Source of the DNA: Dudresnaya verticillata
Lineage: Eukaryota
Length of the DNA stretch: 64,000 nucleotides
Assembly: GCA_977862235.1 (NCBI GenBank)
Contig: OZ374566.1
Coordinates: 248,001-312,000 of the forward strand
Direction: 5' to 3'
Shown piece by piece: positions 24,376-34,124 of the stretch. The position numbers and the translations under genes are program-made. Numbering within the stretch: the first letter of the stretch is position 1; every line of letters begins with the position of its first letter. Below the pieces are notes generated by a model that saw only the letters and a program-made list of their open reading frames with translations, ran no database searches and was not told the origin of the DNA.

Positions 24376-24594
24376 CAGAGGAGTGAGAGTGGGCGGGGTG
24401 GAGAGGAGTGAGGGTCGGCGGGGTGGAGAGGAGTGAGGATCGGCGGGGTGGAGAGGAGTGAGAGTGGGCGGGGTGGAGAGGAGTGGGGGTGGGCGGGATG
24501 GAGAGGAGTGAGGGTCGGCGGGGTGGAGAGGAGTGAGAGTGGGCGGGGTGGAGAGGAGTGGGGGTGGGCGAGTGCAGAGGAGTGAGAACGGGCG
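24376..24594 (+). repeat. 25-bp G-rich minisatellite, ~9 units
   Basis: Variants of GAGAGGAGTGAGAGTGGGCGGGGTG. Confidence 0.95.
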
Positions 24595-24918
24595 TGTGAA
24601 GAAGGAAGCGATACCGGGAGCAGGGGCGGAAGGGGGGCAGGCTTGCACAGCCCGAACGGATTAAGTAGCGTTTCTCACTGTCTGTTCCGGCCTGTTTGTA
24701 ATTTTGGACGACTTTCTCACATCTGCGAAATGACGACAGCGACGGCAGCTTACAGCGAAGGATATCGTGAGCCCTACACGCCCGACGGGCGCCGTCGGGT
24801 ACTTGGCCCAAGACGTTTGGGACTGCATCAGCACTCATAAAGGGTGTGTGCTGTGTGAAGCCTTTCAAGAGGTTAACCGATTGGTCGGGTTGGCGCGAAG
24901 TGGACCGGATCAACCAGT

Positions 24919-25220
24919 TGTTAGAGCTTATGTGTAGATCTGGTCAACGCATTAATGTGTTGACCCGATCTATTGCTCTCCCTCGTCGAATTGGAATCCC
25001 GGATTGAGAGGACAACACGAGGATAGGATGCGCATTTGTAGCTCGGAGGGAAACAGTCCACAGAAACGTGCCAAGTGTTGTTGAAACGCTCATACGAAAC
25101 TGTGAACGGAAAGGCCCCAAGTGTTCTCGCAACGGACGCCATGTCAAGATTATCCGTTCTTAGATTTCCACGCGTGGAAATCTACTCCGCGGGGGATACG
25201 TTCCCCATCTCGCCCCAACA
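24919..25220 (-). repeat. LTR-like segment (also 35870-36171)
   Basis: Imperfect terminal IR TGTTRGRGC; TGG 2 nt inside; contains 24-bp palindrome TAGATTTCCACGCGTGGAAATCTA (25161-25184). Confidence 0.55.
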
Positions 25221-25741
25221 CGCAAACGACCGCGTTCGCCTTCGCCATCGGTGACAACCGGTCGACGTCCTCACTCAAGATAACTCCGAACCCTCGCTAT
25301 AATTTGCATTTCCATAGAAACCATCGCTGCCTCAGGTCCAGTGAATCCCAGGGCCCAGTAGAGTCACAGATATAGTGTGTATCGTCACCCAAACACAGTA
25401 GGAATCGTCGCGTCCTGTTTCTGCCTATAGGCCATCGACAACGATGGAGCCGCGATCTGAACCTATAGTCTATTAGTCTATCACTGCTTTGTACCGTTGT
25501 CATCAAGGAGTAGCTGTTGCCTTGGATAACTTTGCCAACAAGAGCCCTGAAAAGAAAGAGCTGCACAAGGACACGCACCTTACTCGACTGTCAACAGTTT
25601 AGACTATTGGCACCTGCCCATGGTCTATATCGTTCACTGGGCGCTTCCTCCGCAAAGCCGAGTAGCGGTGTGCGCGGCAACAGGAACATCAGAGCATTCC
25701 CGCAACGGGATTGCGACGCGACTACAGCCACACCTGACAAC

Positions 25742-26049
25742 TGTGCTGTTTGTGATCAATATGACATCGAGCTGCACCCGATGGTCATTGATATATATGG
25801 ACGCACCGGTGCTGGCTTCGATATCGGCGCTCAAGTCTTCGCCAACTTTCTTGCCGAAAAGAAAGGCACTTGCCCGCTTGCTGAGAAACATGCTCTCTTG
25901 AATCGTCTTGTCTCCTTTGTTACGCAGTTTGTCGCCGTCAGCGTCAATCGTCGCCGCTTGACTCCTGCAGATTTGCCTCATATGTAGTGCTTAAGAGTAT
26001 CCAGTAGGGATGCTCTAGCTTTATGCTTTCGTAAAGTGACGTTTACCCC
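25742..26049 (+). mobile_element. 5'-truncated RLE (CRE-like) non-LTR retrotransposon fragment (also 36693-37000)
   Basis: LHPMVIDIYGRTG...VAVSVNRRRL C-terminus; 11-bp TSD CACCTGACAAC at 25731-25741 and 26050-26060. Confidence 0.85.
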
Positions 26050-26300
26050 CACCTGACAACCAGGTGTACGCGCAGCGGTTGATCGCCAAAAAAACAAGAA
26101 AAACGTGCGCTTTGGCGGCAGTTAATTTTGACGCCGAACACCTCATCTCTTCTTCAACAGTGTGGACAGGGGCTGTAAGCTGTTTTCAGCGGTGTAAAGG
26201 GAAAGGGACACCGTGTCCCAAGCCCTACAAGCGCGGAGTGTTTGGTTCACAAACTCAAGTCAGGGACTACCATGCATTTATGATAGACAACGTGGGCGGG

Positions 26301-26372
26301 GCGCAACTCGCTCGCAACTCGCTCCGCGAGGCGCAACTCGCTTGCAACTCGCGCCACGAGACGCAACTCGCT
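26301..26372 (+). repeat. Five GCAACTCGC motifs (also +10951)
   Basis: Seen directly. Confidence 0.85.
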
Positions 26373-26518
26373 CTTTATTATTGTTAACATTCATCAAGAG
26401 GCAGTCTTGGAGACCTTCTGCCGGAGAGGGCGACGGTGGCGCAGAGGATTGGACTACTCAGCAAGAAGAACAAGATTGACTACCTTCCCATGTGGCCTCT
26501 AGAGATCGCTTTGACGAG

Positions 26519-26579
26519 GAGGAGCATGAGCAGAGAAACCTGGACTGTGAGGAGCATGAGAAGAGAAACCTGGACTGTG
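26519..26579 (+). repeat. 30-bp tandem duplication (also +10951)
   Basis: GAGGAGCATGAGMAGAGAAACCTGGACTGT x2. Confidence 0.9.
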
Positions 26580-26888
26580 GGGTACGATACCCGTTCAGTC
26601 CGAGCGGTATAGCGGTGGGCCGGCCGCTGGCAACCCCGGTCGATTGAGACAGCATTAAACTGCCTGCCCTTGGGCGCGTGACGCGGGATGGCAGCACCGA
26701 GGTATTACCGTTCTTTCTTGTGCGAGCGCGGCCACGTTTGTTCGCAGAGCGTTAGTGTGCGACTCCCTCTTCTTTGTGCAAGCGTGAATCATTACACAGT
26801 GCGCCCTTGTGTCTTGACTCGCGCTCTCGAACCCTTCCTGCCCACCGCTTTCGCACCCTCGCGCCTGTCCTGACATACTGTGTCATAA

Positions 26889-28154
26889 ATGTTTTCTTCT
26901 TTAACCCGCGCTGAAGTCGACGAGTTCGACCGGAGGCAGCGAGGCATGTATGAAGAGACACACCGTCCCCTGACCGACTCCGCCTGGTACCTCGCTACGC
27001 TTCCTGTTCGTTTTGGGGGTCTTGGAATAACCTCTGCGTCTGATATTGCCCATGCTGCTTATGCGGGCTCGCTGCTTCAAGTCCGCTCAGCGGTTCGCCT
27101 CCTCACCAACAGCATCGGACAATTTGCTTCTGCTCGCATCTGCCCGATCGATAGAGCCATTACAGAAGCACTGCTTCCTCTACAAAACCTTTCTCTTCTC
27201 CCCTTGCCTCTCACCCCGGAAGCTCTATTAAGGAAAGCTACTCAACGCAATGGTTCGGTTCCTGGCATTCAAATGTCCATTACAGATAGTATTATGGCTG
27301 CCCGTGCAGCTGTACTCCGCTCTCCATCGCTTTCCTCGCATTCTTCAACAGAACAAAAATCGTACATGGCTCGTCTACTGTCCTGCAGTACGGCTGCAGC
27401 TAGTGCGCCATTTACTGCCCTCCCGAATACCTATCGCGGTACTCGCTTCACCCCGGAGGAATGGATTACCGCGTGTGATATCCGCTTGGGCAACCCGGTT
27501 TTCACCGGCACTACTCGTTGTCCCCACTGTGTACTCACGCGGGGCGTGACGCAAGCTCCTCTACTTGATCCTCTCGGGAAACATGCCATCATCTGCGCTA
27601 GGCGCGAAGGTGCTATCCGGCGTCATAACACGTTACGCGATGTTCTAGCCAACGAATTCCGCCAGTTGGGCCTACGCCCTATCTATGTCGAATACTCGTT
27701 TCTCGCCGAACGTCATCTACCCCCTACTTCTCGTCGTCGTATGGACGTGGTGGTTCCTATATCTGCCTTTAACCCCCGCCCTCAGGCATTTGACGTTACG
27801 GTGGCAGCCCCGTTTGCTGCCAATTACTGCACTGCCGCCTCTCGCTTGGGTGGGGCAGCGGCGACGCTCACTGAAAGGCCCAAAAGAGCGCATTACCAAG
27901 ATCTACTCGACAGCGAGGGAATGGATTTCTATGCTGTCGGTATTGACTCCTACGGCGCTATTGGCACTGAGGCTCGTCAGGCGTTACGTGCCATTGGCCG
28001 CTTTACGTCCGAACGGAGAGGGAGTAACCCTTCGGACGAAACGCAAGCACTCACGAATCGCATTGTATCTCATCCTCTCCGCTTTCAGGCGCTGGCGATC
28101 AATCGCCGTCGTCTTGCCCTTCAGGTAGGTCCTTGCGTAGACTGGGCGACTTAG
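26889..28154 (+). CDS. Zinc-knuckle + restriction-like endonuclease ORF without RT core
   Basis: LPVRFGGLGI, CPHC...HAIIC, RHNTLRD, RMD, FDVTV, ERPKRAHY, GIDSYGAIG; 421 aa uninterrupted. Confidence 0.85.
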   Translation: MFSSLTRAEVDEFDRRQRGMYEETHRPLTDSAWYLATLPVRFGGLGITSASDIAHAAYAGSLLQVRSAVRLLTNSIGQFASARICPIDRAITEALLPLQNLSLLPLPLTPEALLRKATQRNGSVPGIQMSITDSIMAARAAVLRSPSLSSHSSTEQKSYMARLLSCSTAAASAPFTALPNTYRGTRFTPEEWITACDIRLGNPVFTGTTRCPHCVLTRGVTQAPLLDPLGKHAIICARREGAIRRHNTLRDVLANEFRQLGLRPIYVEYSFLAERHLPPTSRRRMDVVVPISAFNPRPQAFDVTVAAPFAANYCTAASRLGGAAATLTERPKRAHYQDLLDSEGMDFYAVGIDSYGAIGTEARQALRAIGRFTSERRGSNPSDETQALTNRIVSHPLRFQALAINRRRLALQVGPCVDWAT

Positions 28155-28191
28155 CGCCCTTCCAATCCTACCATAAAGGTCCCCATCTCTC
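26903..28191 (+). mobile_element. 5'-truncated CRE-like non-LTR retrotransposon (also 37854-39142)
   Basis: Candidate 9-bp TSD TTCTTCTTT at 26894-26902 and 28192-28200; ATAAAGGTC plus pyrimidine tail; encodes post-RT region and RLE. Confidence 0.8.
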
Positions 28192-29405
28192 TTCTTCTTT
28201 TGTCGCGACGCGCCCCCGTAAACGAATGCAAGCATCGCACCCTGTAAGGCAGATCGCGTAGCAACGATCGATTCGACACGGTCTGCGCCTCTCCCACACG
28301 CAAGCATGCTGCTGCGCTTGCTGACGTGATGAGTCCGAGAAGTCCCATTTTGCTTTCTGGGTGGTGCTGCCTGCCAACCCTGAGAGGGGGGGCTGTCCCG
28401 CGCGAGCCCGTGCTTGAAGACCGAGCTGTTCGCAAGATGTGACGGTCTGCGCCATGTCAAGGGTGCCCTGCTTGCAAGCAAGCTGAACGTCAACGGCCCG
28501 TCTTCGCTTTAAGGGCAGCAAATAGGGTGTCGTGTGGTGGTGGCCTGCACGCGTAACTGGCTAGCTTCACCATCCGCCTGTGTCCGCGCCTGCTTTCCTT
28601 CTCCGTGCCGAGAGCAGCGCTTGCTCGCCAATCTCGCCCAGCAGGACACACGACAGCGTGTCTCCAGATATGACCCGTCCAACTCAGCGGCGGCTCATCA
28701 CTCCGCCCGCAGGACACCCGCGCTGTACGATTCTGGTGGTATGCACATGTACATTTCCAACGCACGGCCCTATCGCGCTCGCTCCTAGCCATTCTCGCCA
28801 TTCTCGCCTCTGCCGGCGTTTCGCCCTGCCGTCAACTTCACGAGAGCTGCCACGGCGCGCTGGCGCGCCGTGGCACTGGAACCGCTGCGACGAGCCGAAG
28901 CCTTTTGCGGAGCTTTGCGCGGCGCGCGCGCCTCTAAAGCGTTGGTCGCGTGCTTGTCGACATCACGGCAAAGCCGCGCCGCCGACGGCTCCGTGCCGAG
29001 CACATCTCATCAACGGCCCTGTGCCGGAAATTCCCCGCGGATCGCGCCGAGCGCGCACGGCTCCCTCGGTATGACCGCGCCGCGCCTGTCCCACCCTCGA
29101 CAGGCGAGGTGCGCCCCTCCAGCCCGCAAGCGCTGCTCCTCCGCGCACGTGCACACGCGCCCGCGCTCACGCTTGCACGCAAACAGATGACCCACAGGCA
29201 GGGACGCAAGGCAGACACGCGCGCAGCCGTGCGCTTGCTCTTCGGAAAGCCCGCACCGGCCTATGCCGCATACTGAACGTCGCCGAGCCATCGCGCTGCG
29301 CAGTGCGCGAGAAAGCAAGCGCACAGACCCGGGCACATCCACTCGCACGCGCGAGTGCGCTCCTCTGTAGTCGCGCCCGATGCAGCGCCCCCATCGCGTA
29401 CACGA

Positions 29406-29446
29406 CTCTCTCTCTCTCTCTCGCTCTCTCTCCCTCTCTCTCTCTC
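29406..29446 (+). repeat. (CT)n microsatellite, imperfect (also 40357-40397)
   Basis: Seen directly. Confidence 0.95.
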
Positions 29447-29559
29447 CACCTGCGCCCCCGTTACAGGCGCACGCGACGAGCGCGTCCACGCGCGCCGTTC
29501 CCAGGAAAATAGGAGGGAAAAGGGCACGACGTTTCAGAGTTCTGGCCCGATCTCAACCA

Positions 29560-30312
29560 TGTCGGATCTCGACGAGCTCGACGAGCTCCCTTCTGACTAT
29601 GAGTGCGACTGGGAGGCTGACTACACTGCAGTGCTCGACGATTCCAGTATTGATGCGGACTGCGTGGAGTCGTCTGGGTGATGACTTTGCCGCAGCCTGG
29701 AACCAATTCACTGCAGCACGATCAGCAGTGGAAAGGCCCCGAGCACTCTACTGCACTAGGGGGTCCCTCGTTTCTGACACATCGCCACCCTCGCCAAGAT
29801 CTGCGGAATGCAGTCTACTCTACGTCACAGGGTTTCGCAAAACGCTCGACCGCGCCTTGCGCAGCGAACTTCAGGAGCTGTCGACATCTCTTGGATCCCG
29901 TGTGGGGGAACTGTTCGAATGGACTCTCCTACGATGTGTCGGGTCGAAGACCGTTATTCGTAAGCTCCACCGCGAAGCTCGCGATCTAGCGTCGCAACTT
30001 TTCCAGTCGCTCTTCGCAACGTCAGTCTCAAATGTTTCGCAGCCGCGGCCGTCATCGGCAGTTCCCAACACCTCCTTAGCCCAGTCCCCTCCGGGGGCCG
30101 CTTCTTTTCACAGAACCAGTCCACCTCATGGTGGTATGTCCGTGCGCGAGGGTGAGGTCAGTAAGTCTGCTGGAGAGGCTGCGCGAGTCGAAACGGCGAC
30201 ATCGTTGGTGCCAGTCCGAGACCGTGGACCATTCTGCCCGCATCGAGTGATGCTGCCTGCGACATGGTGCCCAAGCTACTGGGCGCAGCTCTTGAGTGAG
30301 TTCGACTATTGA
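29560..30312 (+). pseudogene. Degenerate unknown ORF, possibly TE ORF1-like (also 40511-41263)
   Basis: ACCATG start of acidic MSDLDELDEL..., apparently shifting into DDFAAAWNQF...LLYVTGFRKTLDRALRSEL. Confidence 0.3.
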
Positions 30313-31510
30313 ACCCGCAGATAACGATACTGCGATTTACCATACCACATCCCGACCCACAAGCGCTTTCTGCCTTCCATATCCAGGATCCCAGTCAACA
30401 TAATAAGCTCTCTTAATGGCGTGCTTCACTATCTGGACGTCTTACCGCACCGATCTACAACTCTCCTCGCTTCACCCCTTCACTCTCCCTCGGTGACTAT
30501 CGTGACCCTGCTCTGGCACCTCGGCACTTTTCCCACTCCTCCGCTTTCCTCATCGTCTCGTCCCGCCCTTAACGCAGCTGCGCATCGTCCCCAACTTCTA
30601 TCCTCACGGAACTCCTGCTGACAAGAATTCCAAGACATACTGGTTGCCATCTAAACCCTTCGTGAACAGCGTGCTGTCCCTTTACTTACGCCACACACGC
30701 CAGTAGATTACTCTCCCCGTTAATTAGCCAAGTTCTTGTTTCTGCATAGCATTACTCTGTCGGTGGGTCTGCTCATGGGCCTTAGATGCCTACCCGGGCT
30801 CACCTTAGATTTTCTTGATAAAGCATACCCTCACAGCTCTGAATAACTGCGAATAACTCACCCAACTGCTGGCACGGTTGAAAAGTAAGCGGCAGAGAGG
30901 GACTGATGTGCGACAAGGGTCACCATGATCGCAGTTGCAGCAAGGCAGAAGTTACGCCAGTCTTCTTGATGGCATAATGGCACATATTATGCTGTCTTGT
31001 TGGATTGAAATCGCGCGGCCAGCTGACGCTGCACCAGTTCCCTTGAAGCGTTGGCTGGACGGTAGGCTGAGACATTCTTCGGGAAACTGCATTCGCGCGG
31101 CATGGATCTTGCTTCTTGCGCTCCAACGCTATCTGAGTCAAATATCAACCCGAGCCTGCAAGCAACTTCATCGTGTCACAAGACATCACTTTAGGAGCCA
31201 GCAATGCGTTAAAGCTATGGTCGCATTGGAGTAGTTCACGAATAAACGAGAGCTTCTTCTGTTTCGGACTGCACGAGGGTAATCGTGATTTCAAATATGG
31301 AATAATAGCTTGTTGGTCTATGATCTGGTCATGCAGTTTGTAGGCGTATCAGAAGGGCAGCATACCACTTTCTCAGTGAAGTGCATCAGCCATTTTGTGA
31401 ACAAGAGGAGAATTTGGAAACCCTGGAAGGAGCATGGTCTGTACACCTGCGAAACATTCACGGATAACACGTTTCCAAAACACAGCCGACTTTTGTCTTC
31501 CTATTGCACC

Positions 31511-33770
31511 CAACATGATTTCAGTGAGAGCTTTCAAACCTGAGCTCATGATGATGTTACGGCGACCTCCGTCGTAAAAGGCAAAAGCTCGGAGAGAAAG
31601 AAGAATATCACTTTCAAGCCCAGAGGCCGAAAAGACATACGCCGATTTGGATACCGCTTCCAAAGCGACGACATCCACCAGGTATTGTGCCACCATTTCG
31701 TCACCTTGTGCAATATACTGCACAGCCTTCAAAGTCGCACGGGCAAGCTCAACATCCTGAAAGCAAGAATTGTTCTGCGTCATAGCTTTTTACACTACTC
31801 CGAGACCTCCTTGCGCAGCAACAGCGGACCGTGAAGCCTCGCAGTGTTCTGCAATTGTTGCCAAAGCATAACAGCCGGCCTTTTGCACGGTCACCTCAGT
31901 TCTGTGGTTGCTAAGCAAGTCGACAATGACAGAAGGAACACCCAAGGACCGGAGCTCAAGTCCCACCCTGTCGTACCTATGCCCAGCTAGTGCGGTAATG
32001 CAGTTGCAGAAGGTTAAGCAATGAGTAGGCTCAACCTTTCCGAAAAGCACAGCCCCTGAAACTAGCAGTTCTATTCCTCCTTCTTCACACACGTCGTAAT
32101 AAAGCATCTGGTTCTTGCTGTACGATACCAAGGAGCTCGCACCTTCCGATGTAACAGGTAATGAGAGAGAGAGACCTTTATTAAAGAACAAGAGAGAAGC
32201 CCCTTAAGGGGGCTTAGGATTCAGAGCTACCATAAAGAGGCGGAGGAGCAAGCTTGCGGCGGTTGACACTCACCGCGACGCATTGGAGAACTAAAGAGAG
32301 TAAACGAGTAGTGAGGCGAAGTTTCTCCGTAGACGGAGAGGTCCCGCGCTTGCTGGCAATGAAATTAGCAATACGTTGGGCGCCAACTTCAAAGCCAGAT
32401 CCAACACGGCCATAGACATCTACAACCATAGGATGGAGAACCATATCCAAACTAGCGCATACGCGGCGGAAATGAGAGCGTTTGACACGTTCGCGAGCTG
32501 CAATGGCTTGGCCAGCAACGCGACCAGTGGAACCATGAATAGAATGGGGACTGACGACCGAGACATCAAATCCATGGGGGTGAGGGGCAAAGCCACGATC
32601 ATCAACGAAAATATCCATACGCAGTTGGTCACGTGGATCAACAGGTAATGAGTGTCGCTGGTCTTCCATTACTGCAAGTATAATCGAAAAATCTCCTTCA
32701 ATGTGTGCAGCACGCATTTCAATTGGTGCTACCTGCTCTGGCGTCGGTATGTCATCTTCTGCGTCACGCTTATCTGCTGTTTCTTTCTGCTCCGCCGAGG
32801 GACTTCTTGTGGTAGGCAGGTCGAGCTCAGCTTGGCGCCCCGTGCCGTGAAAAGCATTAGCAACATGTTCCCTTCCAGTGGACACTCGTGGCTTCGGCTG
32901 CTTTTTCGTGTTTGGGGATGCTAAAGCGTTCAGGGTCGAGACATCTTGTTCTCCTTCTGGGAATTCATCAACTTCAACTCTTGGAACATCAGCATGCACA
33001 TTATCCTTGGTCTGTTCCAAACCAGGGGGTGCAGAGAACGCACGACGATCCATTTCCTCTGTACTATCCGTGGTGTCATGGCGCTCTCGGGGCAGGGACT
33101 CACATTCACCATCTGGGCTCTTGTCATTAATCGGGGGGCCTTCTATGGACTCGCTGTCGTAATTGCCATCAGCACCAGCAATGTGTTTTGTGAAGCCTTT
33201 GGGTGCAGCATCTTTGTCCATGGCGTCGGTATCTAAACCAAGGGTAATGGCACCCATAGCTTCTGAAGTGATAGCGGCCGCAGCCGGGGCTTGAGCGGCT
33301 CGGAATACACTGCCGCTGGAGCGCGCGCAGTAACCTCAACATGCTCGGGATTGTTCAACGAGCGGGGTTCCGGCGACGTCAGTGGGCTGTCTTTGGGTTC
33401 GCCCTTCAGTTGCGCGGTAGCCGGCGCATCGCTGGTTGCCAGATCATTGTTATTTTGCTCACCACCAACAACCCGCTCCCGCGTGCCTTCTCGCGTACCC
33501 AAAGCGGCGGCAACAACGCCGCCCGAGACACGGGCGCCGGGCAAGTCGGCAGACACGGGCTCGACAAGCGCTGCGTGGGACGGTTTGGGGATGGCGACGA
33601 AGGCGGCCGGGGAGGCGGAGTCGGGACGCCCGGCGGGAGGGGTGTGGTCGGGGTGGGCGCGGCGCGGCGCGGTATGCGGGTCGGACGCGGGGAGCTTGTC
33701 AAGAAAGGCCTGTAGGGTTTTGACGGCGGCATCGGCGACGGGGCGATCAGCCGGGCGCTGGGCCCAGCAC
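31511..33770 (-). pseudogene. Internal fragment copy of the pseudokinase-ARM gene (55974-57747)
   Basis: About 20 substitutions, a 1-nt deletion, a premature stop at 31790-31792 and a retrotransposon insertion relative to the source. Confidence 0.97.
32166..32639 (-). mobile_element. 5'-truncated RLE non-LTR retrotransposon insertion
   Basis: 13-bp TSD AACAGGTAATGAG (32153-32165, 32640-32652); empty site in the source gene near 56616; RMD...FDVSV...ERVK...HPMVVDVYG; AATAAAGGTC(TC)n tail. Confidence 0.95.
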
Positions 33771-33861
33771 AGGTCTCGCGGTAGCCTCTTGCGTCGTCCT
33801 GCCCTACAATGGGGATTTTCAGATCTTCATGGAGTTCTCAGGCAGCAGTCTGGGCACGTCG

Positions 33862-33894
<33 letters not shown>

Positions 33895-34124
33895 TTAGAG
33901 AAAGGAGCTTTATTCCGAACAACGAGAGAGGGGATAGGTCGCCTAGCAGAAGACGTAACCGAAATTCACCAACCATACAAAAGACGCATAGCTCCCTACT
34001 CCGACTCATATTCGCACTTGGGATCATCAGGTCGGCGTCCGAGGCAGGCGTCCGAGGCGTCCGTCGGCAGACTCTCGAAGTGGGATGAATCTCGCCATGA
34101 AGTCACTCGACTCTGTGACGTCGG

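Larger units (their letters stand above)
22932..25220 (-). mobile_element. Non-autonomous retroelement-like unit with LTR-like head and AATAAA-(CT)n tail, copy 1
   Basis: TGTTGGGGC...GCTCTAACA 302-bp head, PBS-like TGGTTGATCCGG, minisatellite, 385-aa ORF, AATAAA (22958-22963), (CT)6 tail; flanks CGAAAAC/CGCAAAC. Confidence 0.65.
22837..31512 (+). repeat. Segmental duplication copy 1 (8.7 kb)
   Basis: Near-identical to 33772-42463 (offset 10951 after a 16-nt AG expansion); identical ORF sets. Confidence 0.98.

Noticed and set aside
24376..24594. Possible CRISPR-like array
   Set aside because: Contiguous tandem units without unique spacers; eukaryotic context and no cas genes
24332..24913. 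N-terminal ~194 aa of the 579-aa ORF
   Set aside because: Non-ATG start; runs through the minisatellite and PBS-like region, so most likely an untranslated leader
24905..24918. Resemblance of CTGGTTGATCC to the 18S rRNA 5' end
   Set aside because: Only 11 nt, with no further rRNA similarity
28150..29530. Many overlapping Arg/Ala-rich ORFs (also 39100-40480 and 7988-8553)
   Set aside because: By-product of very high GC content; no domain signal
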